Assembly (NCBI RefSeq): GCF_964204865.1
Contig: NC_135257.1
Location: 14,818,001-14,882,000, forward strand
Direction of reading: 5' to 3'
DNA: 64,000 nt
Source of the DNA: Styela clava
Lineage: Eukaryota
Positions 26,601 to 40,953 of the stretch are shown here, one piece after another. The position numbers and the translations under genes are program-made. Numbering within the stretch: the first letter of the stretch is position 1; each line of letters opens with the position of its first letter. The notes under the pieces were generated by a model, which was not told the DNA's origin, searched no databases, and saw nothing but the letters and a program-made list of their open reading frames with translations.

Positions 26601-29600
26601 ACAGATGTGAAATATGTCTTTGACTTGCTTACTTTATGACACCTATTGTAATAAACGGCTGTAATATAGTTTCAGTACATTATATACTGAATAGTTTCAG
26701 CAGCTCTTGCCATTTCAGGGGTCGCCCCTCTTCACTCAAAGATCAGTCTCCTTTATTTCTGAATAAGTGTGCATAACTGTGCTTTGAGCACTTGATTTAA
26801 AAAATAAAAATTAATAACATAAAATTTGCTATGCTTTTATCAGCTATTCTTTCTCATTCTTCCTCGCAGACAGATTGATAGTAATGAGGACACTTTAGCA
26901 ATGAACAATACATCTCTTTCATACAGGCCTAGTGCAGAAGAAAATGCTTATATAAAAACCCTTGGGAATTTGCTCACATTTCCATGGCAGTGTAGACTAG
27001 AAGTGTGTTTGGTCTTGCATAAACTTTTATTTACAGGTGCCTATGCTGATATCTAAGCATATCAATTGATACATAAAACTTTTTTATCAATGGTGCGGAC
27101 AATTATAGATATTTGTACTAGGCCTTACTTTGAGCAATCATACAAAAAACCTTCAAAAATCGAATTTCATACCTTTTCTTTATATCTGCTAAGACTACTC
27201 AACACAGAGTCAATTCCTTCTCTGACTCCAACAGAAAACTCAGCCCATGTGAATCTGAAAAAAAGTATAAGCTGTCATTGATGCTTCTTGCTTGTTATTT
27301 AGACATAAAACACCAATTAGAGGAATATAATTAAGGTGTATAAACGCATTTCAAGTTTAAAGTAATCTAAATGTCTTCAAGCCAAGAATAAACTGCCTAG
27401 TTATAGCCCTAGAAAATGCATTTGAACTTGTACTTAGATAGCTTATGTGTGAAATCATGCAAAAAAGTCAGAGGAAACCTACCAAGGTCTTATATATTAT
27501 AAAACGTTCACAGGGTCAAATCCCCATGCAATTTCTGAACCTGGAAGATTCTGGTCCCTCTAAAAATTCTGGTTAAATACACATTGTTAGATATTCGACT
27601 CGAATAAGAAATTATTGGAATAACATAACACACAGAAGAGTGGACCATGAACTAAATATTATTATTAAAAATGAGATGAACATAGGATTACTTTGTCAAT
27701 GATGTGATTCCTCTTGCATGTGGTCCAAGTGCGTGATGAAGTTCACGTAAATAAGACATATGTGCTTCCATTTCTGTTTTATGACGATCCATAAGACCAC
27801 TTGCCTTCAAAAATGATGATAAACAACACTATTAACAGTACAGACAACAGAAAGCATACTCATATCAGAAGATTCATCGTCTTGCAACTAGTTTGGCTTT
27901 TGAATATTCATATTGATTCTCTTTTGCAGCAAAATCATGATTTATGCCAAATTTTCGAGTAAAATCATGATTCTACTAGGAATTAACAAATCATAAAGGA
28001 AATTAAATTTATTTCGAATTTCAGAACGAAAGTGTCTGGCATGTAAAAATTAGGACTTAAAAAATTGTGTAGTATAAAGTATTAATTCCAAAATTTCAAC
28101 TTGAAATGTAATGTAATCACGAAACCATGGCACAGTGCGCAATTTTAATTTTGGATGACGTCATCACACTCACACAGTACTTCGAAGTCAAAACAAATCC
28201 TATTGGATCCTAGCAGGTGGCGACAACAACAAGCTTTAACTACTGAAAGTGTGAAAGCAACTATTCCTATGGTTAAAAAAAAAGCTATTGTTTCACAACA
28301 ACACAGTTAAAAACGATCCATACGTCCACATCGAGTCTAATAATATGATAAAGAATTTAACCCTCTACTAACAACAAAGTAAAAAAAATGTCCACAAATA
28401 TTTGCCAATTGGCATACATGGCAAATGACCTGACAATGTCTTTTTCATGTCACCATGCTGAATAAAATGCTGGAATATGCTTCTGAAGAGCCACGAGTGA
28501 AGTTTTATTGAAGGGTTAATTGCAAGCAGTAAGAACTTACATTTTCTTCTAATTGTTTGCATCTGTGTGTTTGTTGTTCTAATTCTCCAGTAACCTCAGC
28601 AAGATCTCTTCTCATTCTATCACATTCTCTGTCATAATCAGATTGTTTTGTCCGGGTACTATCGAGTTCTGCTCTACAGCTCATTATTTCATGCTAAAAC
28701 AAATTATTATCAAGATTGCGATTCAATGCTAAGGTCTATATTTCAAATGGCAGAAAAACTAACTTATGTGTTTTCGTCTATTCTCTGGATCAGCGTTTCT
28801 CAAACTATTTTGTCCCAGAACACCTTCTGCTTTTTATATCACCTCCCGGAATACCAAAACATTCGGAGGTAAAATTGTGTGATGGATTTACTATTTATAT
28901 CAACTTGCACAACCGGCTTATCACAGCATCTTTTTAGTTTTAAATTAACCGTGAATTGAGTAAATTTGGTAAAAAAGTTTGCTGTAAACTTGACAATTGA
29001 AAAATCAAGCCGACGGTCGACGATATTAAACAGTAATGAAAACCCTATGCTGGCAAGGCCTGTCTGTTGCCAGCTGGGAGACAAATTTAAGACGCAGAGT
29101 CGCCGAAGTAAGGCAGAGATCGGATCGCTATGGCGACCAATTTCTATTTCTGTCCTGAGAAACTCTGAAGAAGCTCGCGGAACACAGCTTGAGAAACCCA
29201 GATGAAAGAGATATTGTTAGCTGAAGAAATATCCAAATGAAACGAGCATTCAACCGATTGAGTTTACGGCAAAAGCCAGATTTTCATCTTCACAAACATA
29301 GAAGCTATTGAGTAAAGGTAGATGCTTGAGAAGAGCCTTTTTATGAATGGAGATATAAAACAACATGTAAATATACTATGAATGCAAAGCAACACCTGTG
29401 ATTGTTGCAAATCTTTTTCCCTTGTTAGGGCACGATCTCTGAAGATATTACAGTCCTTTTGCATTTGTTCTTCTGATGATTTACTGGAAAGTAGATCTCT
29501 CTGTATTTATTAAGAATAGATATTAATTTTTCATGGTCTCATATTTAAACAGAAATCCAAAAAAATATTACCAATATTAATGAAAATTTTTTGTAATAGT

Positions 29601-32600
29601 GAAGTATACGACAAAATTTTTCTGGGGTTAGAGGTCGGGGAAACATTCAAAATTCATTCAAATTCATTTGGTTTGTGGTAAAACATGCTAGCTTATATGG
29701 TTTTAGTAGATTGTTACACACTTATCGCTAAGTAGAAGGCTTCAACATCATATGAAACTCACATGTAAATCATCAATATCTTTTTTCAATGCAAGTAAGC
29801 ATTTTCTCAACTTTTCCAAAACTATTTTAGGGTCAGGTGTCACAGACTTGTTTTTATCATTCTTCTTCGGAATAGCTTGAAAAAAATGGTATAATATTGC
29901 AACATATAATTTATACTATATATGAATATTTTAAATACAAATGAAATACTTAATGTAAAATTTCTTTCATACTTCATCCCCTCACCCAGGGTAAGCAATG
30001 CAGAACCAAAAAATTTACAAACCTTTCAAAAATAGCAGCTACTCACATATCAGTATTTTGCTGGCAGAGGCGCAGCTAGGAATTTTTTAACAGAGGGGAG
30101 TTTACTTTATACTAAAACAGTACGCTAGAGGCGCAATGCGTCACACCGTAAGGCATTTCATCATCAAAAATTTGTGTGTCGATAACAGCAAAACGCCATT
30201 GAATATGTTGCGACCAGTGGTGGGATTCAAATTTTTTGTCATCCGGTTCGATCATACAAACGTCGAATTTCCAGGTGGTTCTGTTACAAAAAGTCATGTA
30301 ATGCTAACCGGTTCGCAGATTTCATAAAATTTCGTGAGACGGTTCTATAGAACAGGTGCGAACCGGCTGAATCCCACTACTGGTTACGACCCACGTAACC
30401 AACCTTGGATGCTTGTTCTATTCCTTGTTCAGAGTGAAAGTCATGGAAAAACGTTAGATAAAAGTGGTGACGAACATGTTCCAAATTCATGAATTGAAAC
30501 GTTTTTAACACAATGCAAAGAAAAGGCCTTTCTAAACTTGAGTGATACTTAATTAAGATTGATTGGTCCCGCGCTAGAAAGGTAAAGTCCGAAAAAAAAC
30601 GTACTTGGTTTTGTTAATGATTCATTACAATAAGTAGCCAATAGCATTTCAACTTCTCTCATATTTCCACTGTACGTTTCTTCTAGGTAAATCTATAACA
30701 AAAGACATGAGTACCCAATTGAACAAATATATATAATATTTATGGAAAGTATGTAAATAAAAAGACTTACAAGAAATGTTACATGATATCATACATACCG
30801 GTACTTCAGGCAAGCTCAAACTTGTTTAAACATGAAAAATAAAGTAGTTACTTGAGTACTATTGGCAATTTTAATATGCAACTGTGTCAACTGTAATGTT
30901 CATAAAATCTTTTTCTAAAATTTAGAGTTTAAGATTAGACTTACAATGAGAATACATTTTGGGGAATTTTTGTGCCATAGTGAAAAATCAATTTTCTATG
31001 CTATCAAAATTTCGGTTGTATGAAATGAGTCAATAGTTTTAAATATTCCAAGAACTCATTTAGCATTTGTCGGTTAGTGCATTCGGGCCTGGGTATGTTG
31101 TCATAACAGGTAGAAAGAAGTTCTACCATGTATGTCACATAGGATGTACCGTAATAAATTAGGAGAGGCAATTGAAAACATGACAGATTCTGGTTACTTC
31201 AAAAATATAGCTCTGGCCGTTCGGCGCACCGTGCTAAGCATTAGGAATACTCTCGCCATCACACCACTGATTACGCTTTGGGGGTTCGTTTGAATCCTGT
31301 AGGGGATATTTATGTGCAGGAGAATTGCTGGACTCGTAACTGTTAGCAGGTTTAGGCTTCCTCCACCATCAAGTCCATGCATCTGAAAACAAATAACTGA
31401 CTAACGAATCTCATACCCGACATGGACTGGTAACCTGGCGAGAGGTCAAAGTATGCAATGTGATTAGACTATCTTGTCGGCTTTCCTCTCCACCGGGATA
31501 AAATAAAAAAAGAGACCGTACATATCAATGCTGGTTAGTTGCCTGTCATAGATAAGAAAACACAAAATTGAAAACTTTAGAGTTAAAATTTTAAAACCTG
31601 TCGTTTCCTTGTTTTATTCAATTCTTCTTTCAGCGATTCAAAGTTTTCTTGTTGTTTTGTTAATTGAGCAGAAAGTTCAGTTAATTTCTTAGTTTTCTCA
31701 GACAGTTCATTTTCAAGTTGTTTTCTTACATCACTATAGACCTGCATTGTTCTAACATCAAAGGAAACAGAATATGGAGTTAAGAAAATAAAAATTTTGA
31801 AGCACCATATATTGTTTAGGATTTGAATATCATAAAAACACATCCGGTATTGCAGCCTCCACGACTTCGCAATTTTTAATTTTGATGACCTCTATCGAAG
31901 GGAAAGACTCCAAAATTAAATAAAAATTTTAGAAATTTCATACTTTTCCAATTTCTGGTCAGCTTCATTCGCGCTTTCTTTTGTTGTTTGTACTTCTGAT
32001 TCCAGTTCGTTAGATTTTTTTGTAGCGATTTCAAACTCCTGCTTCAGTTTACTGTTCAGTTCTTTTTCATTTGAAAGTGCAGTCTCAGTTTCTTGATGTT
32101 TCAACTGAAATATAATATTTAAGTAAAATAGCTATACAATTTGAAACGTGCACCTCTCAGAACTTAAATGACAGCTAGGGATGTCCAATTTAGTTTGAAG
32201 GAAATTCAAAATTACTTCTATTCAAAAAATTACTGTGAGACTTTCTGAGAGTCAAAACTACAATTTATTTTTTGGTGAATTCGAATAGTTCGCAGTTAAG
32301 ATATTGCTTTGTAGCACGATTTCCATCCAAAATAGATCCAATACCAAAAATCTTTTAAAAAGTGCACAGCATTGAAATAGGAGTTTTTAAAAGAGATTTC
32401 AGTGTTACCTCAAACAAGACCAGAAACAGCTTCACGATCAATCGAAATTAGTCGGATATGTTGCATTGCATTTCTCTCCGAATAAAACATTTTCTCTCCA
32501 TGTTAGAATTAGGACACAACACAAAAATCAAATACCTGTATTATTTCAGCATTAAATTTTGATTCAAGATGAGCTGCTCTCTCTGCTTCAACACTTTCTT

Positions 32601-35600
32601 CTAATGCATGACATCGAAGGTTGAGATTGTGAAGTTCAGAATGAGCGTGTTGTTCCCTGAAATAACATGGGAACATGCTAAATGGGAACTCATACTATTC
32701 GAGAACTCTCAACCAGCTAAGAGTAAGTGGGATCACTTTGGTTGAACTTTTCTAATGCATAAAATGGTTGATGAAGAAAGCTTTAAGAAAAATAACAGTA
32801 TGAGTGTCTAGTCTACAAATCTGTTCGATAAAACCACAACCCATGAAAATTGAACCTGTATCTAGCGAACAGGGTAGTAAACAATGTGATGGTGTGCCTT
32901 TTTCAACAATTCAACACAATGTGACAATATGGCCGTATTGGAAACCTAAGGAATTAAGTAGAAAAAATACATTGTTCATATTGTTGTGATGTGCTGAACC
33001 TGTGTGCAACCAACTGATATAATAAAATATCAGTTTAGCCATATTGAATAATATTCTATAACGAAGATCTGTTTAATAATTAAAGATTTAAATATTTGAA
33101 TTCGATATATTTTCTTATTCGGGATCTTTTTCTACACGAATGTAATACATTTTACTTCACTGCATAATATGCCAAGTTCAAATAAAAATAAATAGCAAAA
33201 TATTCTTCAAATATATACATTCGGTATCCAATACAACCAGAAACAATACAATTACGGTATGATAAATACAAGCAACTGAAGTTTGAAGAATAATAATATC
33301 AGGTGAAGAGATGAATAAAACTCCAGGTAAAACATTTTGTCATCATTAATCCTTATAATACCAAATAACAACCAATTAAAACAACTTCACAAACGTTCAT
33401 CAAAAGATGTTGATGTAGTATGGTTGAGTTTTTACAATGTTAGAATTAACTATAAAAACATTATCAATAAATTTATTTTGTTTGCAGTAGTACTTCCAGA
33501 AAAATCTATCACTGCGTGAAGCTTGGACCACGCGAATGATTTTTAAAAATCTGAATAGCTCATATGTTTTATTAGAAATTTTTGGGAATTCAAAGAATAT
33601 CGGAATTAGATTTAAAATACTGAAACAACACCAAAAAAATGTTATGAATCAAGAATCAATGGTATACTGTATATTTTGGGAACAGGGAAAAGTGATCTAA
33701 TCAGTCATCAAGATGACTGACCATCACAATTAAAATCACAAAACCGGGCATTGAACGAATACAAAGAATTAAATTGTTTTGTTGAGATAGCTGGTACATC
33801 TTTCTCTACCTACATTGCCAGTATTCTTCACTATAGAATTTGAGGTACTCTCGTAGTATGTGTACCAGGTTAGGGTTAGGACATAATTTTGTTTCGATTT
33901 TCCTTATTTTAGTTCTATTACAAGTTCGGGGACTGTTTGTGTTATCCAAGTGAATATACCCTCTGCCCATAGGCTTCTGTCCCTTTACACAACTTGATGT
34001 AAAGTAGGCGAACAAAATTAGTTTTCTCTATATTGTTACACATACTTCTGGAGCGCCAAATTTAATGCCATACAAAATGAATACAAGGTAAAAAATGGTT
34101 TATCAAAAACGCTGTGTCACACTCGTAACACACTTGTTCCACTGTCCCGGCTTAGGAGAGATATACAACTCAAGTTCTGGGTCAGGATGGATATAATACT
34201 TGCAAACTTGCAACTTAGAGTAAGATATAAAATAGGATTTATACAATTGGGATATAAGTGGTACAATGGGGACAAGTGTGGTACAAATGGGACAAGTGTG
34301 TCTATTTTTGAGACACCCGCGAAAAAGATACCTTTCACTTGAAACCTGGACATCAGTGATTTTCTTTCTTAATTCATCTTCTTGTCTGATCAAACTCTTT
34401 TCCAAATCTTTAACTTTCTTTTTTAGCTCTTCAATCTGTGCATTGTTGATCTGTTTGTCTCCGACTAATTTATCATGATGACTTCTCAAAACTGCTTCGG
34501 ATGCAAGTTTGTCAGACTCGACTTGTTTCTGAGAATTAATTATTTTCAAAAATAATTTAATAAGATAACATCCAGCAGAAAGTTTCCAAATGCTTGGATA
34601 ATTAATTCATAGAATTTTTAATTATGAATATCCCTAATTGCAAAATCTGAAATTAAATAATTTTTATAATTCATGAGTCATTCTTACCAGGTTCATGTAT
34701 ATAAAAATTGAAATAGATAATAAGGAGATGCACAACTACCGGTAGTTACAATCTCATCGTCACAATCTCTCAGTCGAACATTTTTTTCTTAGATTTATTG
34801 TGTTGGAAGTTGTTTGTTTTGCTTATTTTATGTTGCTTAATTATTATGCAAATGATGACACTTTAATGAGTAAATTCCATGCGATAAAGCAGGGGTCACC
34901 AAACTTTTTTGACCGCGGGCCGGGTATGACTCAAATTGTGTTGAAACGGGCCGGATGAATATTTTTGTCAATGCAATACAATAAATTCACAAATGTTGGG
35001 AATATCGCAGAATATAGATCGAGAACATCCTAGGAAAAAAAATTAACAAGATTTCTATATCTAGACAACTATCCTGAGTTTAGCTGTTATCAAAACGTTG
35101 CTGTCATGAATTAGAAATGTTACAAAATCCGCGGCAAAAAATGTACGCATCACGTCTGCTAAGTACCATTACGCCGTGTTGAAATACCGCTCATAAAAAC
35201 GACTGCCTGCTGTAGCTTGGAATTCTATGAAATTTTGACATAATTTAGATAAAATAAACAACTATTATCTGGAATTTGAATTTTTTCATTAGCGCATAAA
35301 TTTCCCAACATTCGACGCTTTTACAAATTACGCTCCAGTTATACGTAGTGCAAATTATTGATATTGTCTATGGACACCAATAAAATTTATATGGACGTGT
35401 GTATTTCTTGTCTAACTTGATACTTACCAATTTTTATGAAGTTCGTACAATCAGAACATCGTTAATTATTACCCACAATGAACCACTGTCAAACTATCAT
35501 GCACAACTCCAGCGTTTATTTGCGACGATCTTTCGGCGGTGTCAATCAATGACCGTTGCCAGAATAAAATCCTGAAATTATCTCAATATACCATAGATGT

Positions 35601-38600
35601 GACGCACATCGAAAGATTAGTGATTGATATGTGTTATTTTTCCATATTTAGTACAGTTCCCATCAAAAAAGTAATACAATCATTATGGGAAAAATTGGCT
35701 GTCGGGCGGTACTAAAATTCCGATATCTCCGTTAGTTTTTATTTAAATCGGATGAACTTCAATTTTTTTGTAACATACCTACATGAATATCCGCATTAAA
35801 GCAGTACAAAAGTTAGTGTGGCTTTTGAAATTGGAGCAGTACGCGAGGGATTACAGTACTGTTAGCACAAAATGCACATTCGACGTTTATTTTAGCACGA
35901 AAAACAAACAGTTTCGTCGAAAGCAAGCGCCACGAGTGAAAATCAGTCAGGGTGACAAAAGTGTCTGAGCGGATGCGGAAAGGCCTATTATTACGTCACT
36001 TTCCTGCATCTCGCCGATTGGCCAATGTTACGAAATAAACAAGGACGACGATGCTCGTGAAAATGCCATTTTTGCGTGTTATTGCGGAACGGATAAAATG
36101 ACGCCGCGGGCCGGATAAAATGACGTCGCGGGCCGGATCCGGCCCGCGGGCCGTAGTTTGGTGACCCCTGCGATAAAGCATAGGTGTGCAACCCTTATTA
36201 ATACAGGAGGTTCGGAGACAATTAACTGAGTGAAACCGCGGGCCACACCTTTATATAATGTAGGCTTTCTAGTAGTTGCAGGCACAAGAATTTTGGTTCT
36301 TGATCTTATGAAATGCATTGTTCGCTTCGCACAAACTAGCTGTTATGGCATTTGTAACGTCATAGGCATAGATAATAAATTGGGCTGAGGTATTGGCTTT
36401 GAAAGGCAAAGGAATTGGAATTACTCTCATGTACGAAATTAAACTAAATTAAAAGCTCGTTTCGCGGGCCACACACTATTCAAAATTGGCACTTCATTTT
36501 TCCCTCATGGGCTGCATTTGACCCGCGGGCCACCCTGCAGTATAAAGCAAAAAAAGAATAAATTTTGGCTAACCTTCTCATCCATTAAAAATGCAATTCT
36601 TTTCTCATCTTCCATTGTTACTCTTCGTGCAATTTGTAAAGCTTTCTCTAAATCTTCTATTTTCACTTCAAGAGCTGACTTTTCAGCTGAAAATGATTCA
36701 CTTTATAAGGATAGTTTCGGTACTTATTTCTAACTTTGATATATCCTCAACCTCAAGTTCAGAGATTTTTTCTATTTCACCAATTGGGCAAATATAACCT
36801 AAGCATATTTGATATTGAATATTTGATTTGATATTGATATTTGAATAAATTCATTAATAGTAAATTTGGAAGTGAACCTACTAAAAGAGCATACCTAATT
36901 TAAATTTTTTCAAATGTTATTAAATATTCAAGAATCATTCAAATTGAACGATTTTTAATCCTATATATAGTTTGGAAGCATGCTTGATTTCTTCCTAGTT
37001 CCATTATCTCTACTTCAAATTATTGATTAATAATTAACCTCAACCCAAAACCCAAAGATTAGGGGATGAATGTTTATTGATAAAAATAAAAGAAACAAGT
37101 GGCAAATTGATTTATCTCAATTTTTTTTATTTTAAAATTCCAACATATAGTTGCTATAGTTGAAATATACTCGTTGTAAGAAAACGAAACTGCTTGTGCT
37201 AACTTAAACATATATCCAAATTTTCTTTTTTACACAAATTAATTGATAGAAATTCAATGGACTTTTTTATGTTAGATAAATGCTAAATCAGATAAGAGCA
37301 ATAAATTAAAATAAGTAGCCTACTCCATGTTATTGTTATTGGCTCACATTTATACTAAAAATATATTACATTTGTATTACTCAAAAATTTACGTAGAAAA
37401 TATTTTTCAACAAACAACTATTAATGACTATTCATGCTGAAAGATTTGAATTTCAGAATTGATGCCCAAAATATATGTCATAGCCAATTCAAATTACCTG
37501 CCAGTGATTTATTCTCATGTGTAAGTGATGATTCTCTTTGTGTTGTGGCTCTCAAAACATCATTAGACTTCTTTTTCACAACCGCCAAATCAAATTCAAG
37601 TGCTTGTCGAGTAGCTTCGCCTTTTTCCAGCTGAGACTGAAGCCTTGCAATCTGAGATATGTTGTCTGCATTTTCCTGGGATTTATCAAGCAATGAATTA
37701 CATGATAAAATAGTATGATACATTTTTACCCACAAAATTGATTTTAGAGTAAGTATTATTCTTAGAATCTTCAAAAAGTATAATTTTTCTATTTTTCTTA
37801 TTGAGAAACTAGCCATTTCAATTGAAACACAATATACCATATTGTCCAGCTAATAAGCTGATTTTGTGGAGCCAATTTTTGTGCTGATTTTCTGTGGTTG
37901 ACTTATTGCACAGCTCAGATCCTTTTCTCTTTTCTGAAGTCAGTTTATTAAAATAGAATCAATAGAGTGCACATAGGTGCTGAACTGGCGAATGGCCAAA
38001 AAAAGTGAACACAATTTTTCTGCTTAAGTCTATTGGACGGCAATATGCAAAAACCACTCCTTTCCAGTGGTAAAATTGACCTCATATTAATAATCGCTGG
38101 GTTGACTTGTTAGCCAAAAAAAACGAGAAGTAAAAAATATTAGTCGTAACCTTTCAACACCCTATAACAATTTGTGAACTTGTTGCAAAATAAATATTAC
38201 AGGATAGACCAGGGGTCGGGAACCCATGGCTCGCGAGCCATATATGGCTCTTTTGGTGACGGCATATGGCTCTCAGAAAAATCTAATATCCCAAGACTAA
38301 GCTTACTATTGTTACGAGATTTCAAATTCTTTTATAGCCAAATTTGGCAGGAAATTCCCAATACGTTTGAGTCCCAACGCGCGTCCAGCACATGTCTATG
38401 TTATGTAAGATAATTACCAGACAGGCATTGTGACAAACAAGGGGATTCTGGAACATATATCGTGACATCACAGAGCGATAGAGTTTTCAAAACACTACGG
38501 AGATGCCTAAACGAAAAAGGGTGATGAGTATCGTAGATTTCCACATTGGGCTGCAGGTGAGCAACCGTTCAAGGCCCGCAGCGACTACATGCAGCATCAG

Positions 38601-39681
38601 AAATCACATTAAATGTATATTGACATTGTATGTGTTGATTTTTGAGTGAACATTTCAGGCCTGATTAAGTGAAGAAATGTTATATGGCTCGCACGGAAAT
38701 GCAATTGAAGATATGTATATTTTATGGCTCTCTTGACCAAAAAGGTTCCCGACCCCTGGGATAGACAATATTTTCAAATTACCCCCAGCAATACAAAGTT
38801 ACATTCCACAATACAGGTGAATGACTTCACTCCCAATACAAAAATGGACCTACCGGTATTCAACTTGAGTTTAGTTCAAACCTTGAATTTAAGAGAATAT
38901 TTGAAATGTGCATTTATTTACCTTGTTGAAGGCTGTTGTCATAGCAACCCTATCATCTTCAAAATTCAGCGCTCTATCACGAAATCTGGACAGTTCCTTA
39001 GATAGTTGATCATTTTCATCTTTCAATGATTTTATCTGGAACAAATTTTTGGACAATGTTTACCGATGACCATTCAAATTACATACTATAAATAAATAAT
39101 TGCTTTTATCGAATGAAGTTTTTGATCGCTCAGTTGCAAATAATGCAAAACAGAATTATTTCATTTGACTAAATTAGGCTTAATTTCCTTTGGTTCATTT
39201 TGGATAATGTAACAAGTCTATATTCAGTCCTGTTAAACTGGAAAAGGTTCCATTTTTTGGGTTACCTTGTATAAATTTTCATATTACAAATCAAATTGTT
39301 TTAGATCAAATTTTATTGTATGCATTTCACATCCTGGATTCTAATATATCACAGTCTTTTAAGTAATTGTTTCTCTTATTTAAAATGAATTTTAATCTTT
39401 TTTAAAGAAAAGCCATTTCAGGCATCGAAGAATGTAAAAAACAAAAATACTACGTTTAAAAGATTATTGATAACTATTCTTATACAGCCTAAAGTGGTAA
39501 CTGGTAATTTTGAAAAGTTTCTGATTTCCACAATATCAGCAGATCCATTCCAAAATACCTGAAGTTTTAGCCGTTTACAGGATTCTTCATTCGTCGTATA
39601 GTTGTTAATATGTCGTTTCTCATTTGGAATAGACACTGAGCTGGAATTCGACAGTACTGATGCTCGTCTCAAATCATCCAT
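14686..39681 (-). CDS. CCDC171: Coiled-coil domain-containing protein 171 homolog (~30 coding exons)
   Basis: First exons 39559-39681, 38922-39035, 37498-37675, 36574-36686, 34332-34528, 32536-32656, 31944-32104, 31598-31751, 30605-30692; last exons ~15198-15356 and 14686-14850 (TAG). Peptides QIARLQSQLEKGEATRQALEFDLAV, VEAERAAHLESKFNAEIIQ, CASLLLGSLYP, FRVAAVTVLAANRL, RLHATEVEKRNLR and ELNAALEREQQAQKLLHEQ match vertebrate CCDC171 as I recall it. Some internal exon edges are approximate. Confidence 0.9.
16678..16914. mobile_element. Merlin-like family A MITE (inverted relative to the 10283 copy)
   Basis: Same TIRs; perfect 8-bp TSD caattttg; internal GGTTAGGG/CCTAACCCTAACC. Confidence 0.85.
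17351..17997. mobile_element. Non-autonomous piggyBac-like element
   Basis: TTAA|CCCTTCCTATGCGAT...ATTGCACGGAAAGGG|TTAA: CCC/GGG termini with TTAA TSD. Confidence 0.8.
20034..20390. repeat. Degraded (C/T)AGGGATGTCC-headed, TTCGAATA-rich DNA-transposon family (other copies at ~8161, ~32177, ~56031)
   Basis: Shared head CAGGGATGTCCAA..CGAAT and a GAATGTATTC tail segment in several introns. Confidence 0.5.
21710..21927. mobile_element. Merlin-like MITE (subfamily with GGTACTCC...GGAGCGCC ends)
   Basis: Shares its internal sequence with the 33844 and 57868 copies; contains AGGGTTAGG; TSD degraded. Confidence 0.7.
22387..22496. mobile_element. 110-bp near-perfect hairpin MITE (Merlin-like)
   Basis: GGTATTCCTGAAGTTTGCGCACCAAGATG...CATCTTGGTGCGCATACTTCAGGAGGTCC; perfect TSD cagtttta. 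Confidence 0.8.
24064..25061. mobile_element. hAT-Charlie-like non-autonomous element (host of a nested insertion)
   Basis: CAGGGGTGGGCAAC...GTTGCCCACCCCTG; perfect TSD ggttatgc. Confidence 0.88.
24322..24839 (+). mobile_element. Nested hAT (Tip100-like) deletion derivative
   Basis: CAGTTGCGTAGC...GCTACGCCACTG; perfect TSD gctctgac; encodes MMSKAKPLSGAQNRRKRAEEE, a typical hAT transposase N-terminus. Confidence 0.85.
28790..29200. mobile_element. hAT-Charlie-like MITE (degraded)
   Basis: CAGCGTTTCTCAAACT...AGCTTGAGAAACCC termini; TSD not preserved. Confidence 0.55.
30215..30382. mobile_element. hAT MITE nested in an older TE remnant (~30065-30415)
   Basis: CAGTGGTGGGATTCA...TGAATCCCACTACTG; TSD gttgcgac/gttacgac. 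Confidence 0.75.
31210..31510 (+). mobile_element. tRNA-derived SINE, diverged copy
   Basis: Colinear with 44250-44587 (TTAGGAATAC, TTGCTGGACTC, GGCTTCCTCCACCA.CAAGTCCATGC, TTTCCTCTCC.CCGGGATAAA). Confidence 0.8.
33844..34057. mobile_element. Merlin-like MITE (subfamily as 21710)
   Basis: GGTACTC...GGAGCGCC; CAGGTTAGGGTTAGG; TSD gaatttga/aaatttaa (6/8). Confidence 0.72.
34098..34320. repeat. Degenerate inverted-repeat element with GGGACAAGTGTG subterminal repeats next to a CCDC171 donor site
   Basis: ACACACTTGTTCCA near the left end is inverted to tandem GGGACAAGTGTG near the right end. Confidence 0.45.
34890..36170. mobile_element. hAT-Charlie-like non-autonomous element, 1281 bp
   Basis: CAGGGGTCACCAAACT...AGTTTGGTGACCCCTG; perfect TSD cgataaag; repeated GCGGGCCGG subterminal motifs. 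Confidence 0.9.
38210..38758 (+). mobile_element. hAT-Charlie deletion derivative, 549 bp
   Basis: CAGGGGTCGGGAACC...GGTTCCCGACCCCTG; perfect TSD ggatagac; internal MPKRK..EYRRF and ..MQHQKSH* transposase-end remnants. Confidence 0.9.
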
Positions 39682-40953
39682 TTTAAAATATCAAGTGTTG
39701 CAATTTATTCATCCGATAGCAATAATTTTCAACTACATATATATTTGAATGAACTTTTAAAGATCAACCAGAAATAAAAAATGATATATAAGGCAAATAC
39801 CAGGAATTATGATAGAAGGGTGAACATTAGGGAACATTTCTCCAAATCCAAGATGCCCGACATTTGGTCAATAAAACAAACACTCTATTTGTCTCTGAAA
39901 CGAGCGAGTCTGGAAATACAGCAGATGCGTCAGATTGCGCCATGCTTGTGTTATTACAGTATTAATAATATTAATTGACCGTGTTCGTCACGTCAAAATT
40001 GCCTTTTTTTTGCTAAAACTCTGGAAAGCCATTCTAAAAAAAATTTTCTCAAGGTAAATTGGATTATTTTATTTTTTGAGAAATCCAATGGTGACGTTTT
40101 TGTTTGCGCTTCCTTTTAGTTTATTGCGCAAAGATTGTTTGCCGATTTACACCGATATGGAGAACCAGACTGTCTCGTGAAGGAGCGGTTTGCACTCACT
40201 GTTATAATTGATGATTTGTTTAGCTATTTTGTTTGGATTAGTAAGTTTTCTTATCTGGAAAATTTTATATGATCCCACCAATCTGCCAATGCTGCAATGA
40301 CTTACCGGTAGCGCAGTAGTGGCCACATGGCTATCAAAGAATGAATCTTGATCAGTAAAGTTTGGCTTTATTCACTAATTCAATATGACTAAGTTTTTAG
40401 CAATCGTATTTGTGTATTGCAATAATCTGGGAATCATATGACCCTGTAAAATACAAACGTATTCTAAATTATTTCTGTATTTAGATATCTGTATTTTCTT
40501 GGTCTACATTAGTGATTACTGACTTTTGCAAACTATTCTGTAATACAACTTGGTCATAAATTTTTGCAACTATTTTTGTTAGTGACCATGGCGCTACCGT
40601 ACTTGGCTACGGTACCGGTATGTGCGTATTATCAGCGGTACCTGACTTGATATGATCTGTATGATGCGGCAATCCACCTTCGGCCTTCCCAGAACAATTC
40701 CATAGTACTCAACAGTAAACCCTCAACAGTCTGCAAACGATACCATAACTATTTAGATTTGAAAATGAACCAGCGAAACGCTACGATCACGCGATAAACT
40801 TGGAAATATCTATCGTTTTCCCATGAACTGATAACACAAAATTTGTAAAAAACCGCTCAGTTTGTGTTTGTCATGCATGGTTGGTTAGCCACCAAGTTGG
40901 TACCGATACGTTAGGAAATCGTGAGCCATGCAATCGTTATCCAATAAAAAAAA

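Noticed and set aside
36687-36797. Longer CCDC171 exon 4
   Set aside because: Stops in all frames upstream of the ttttcag acceptor at 36687; the exon is 36574-36686.
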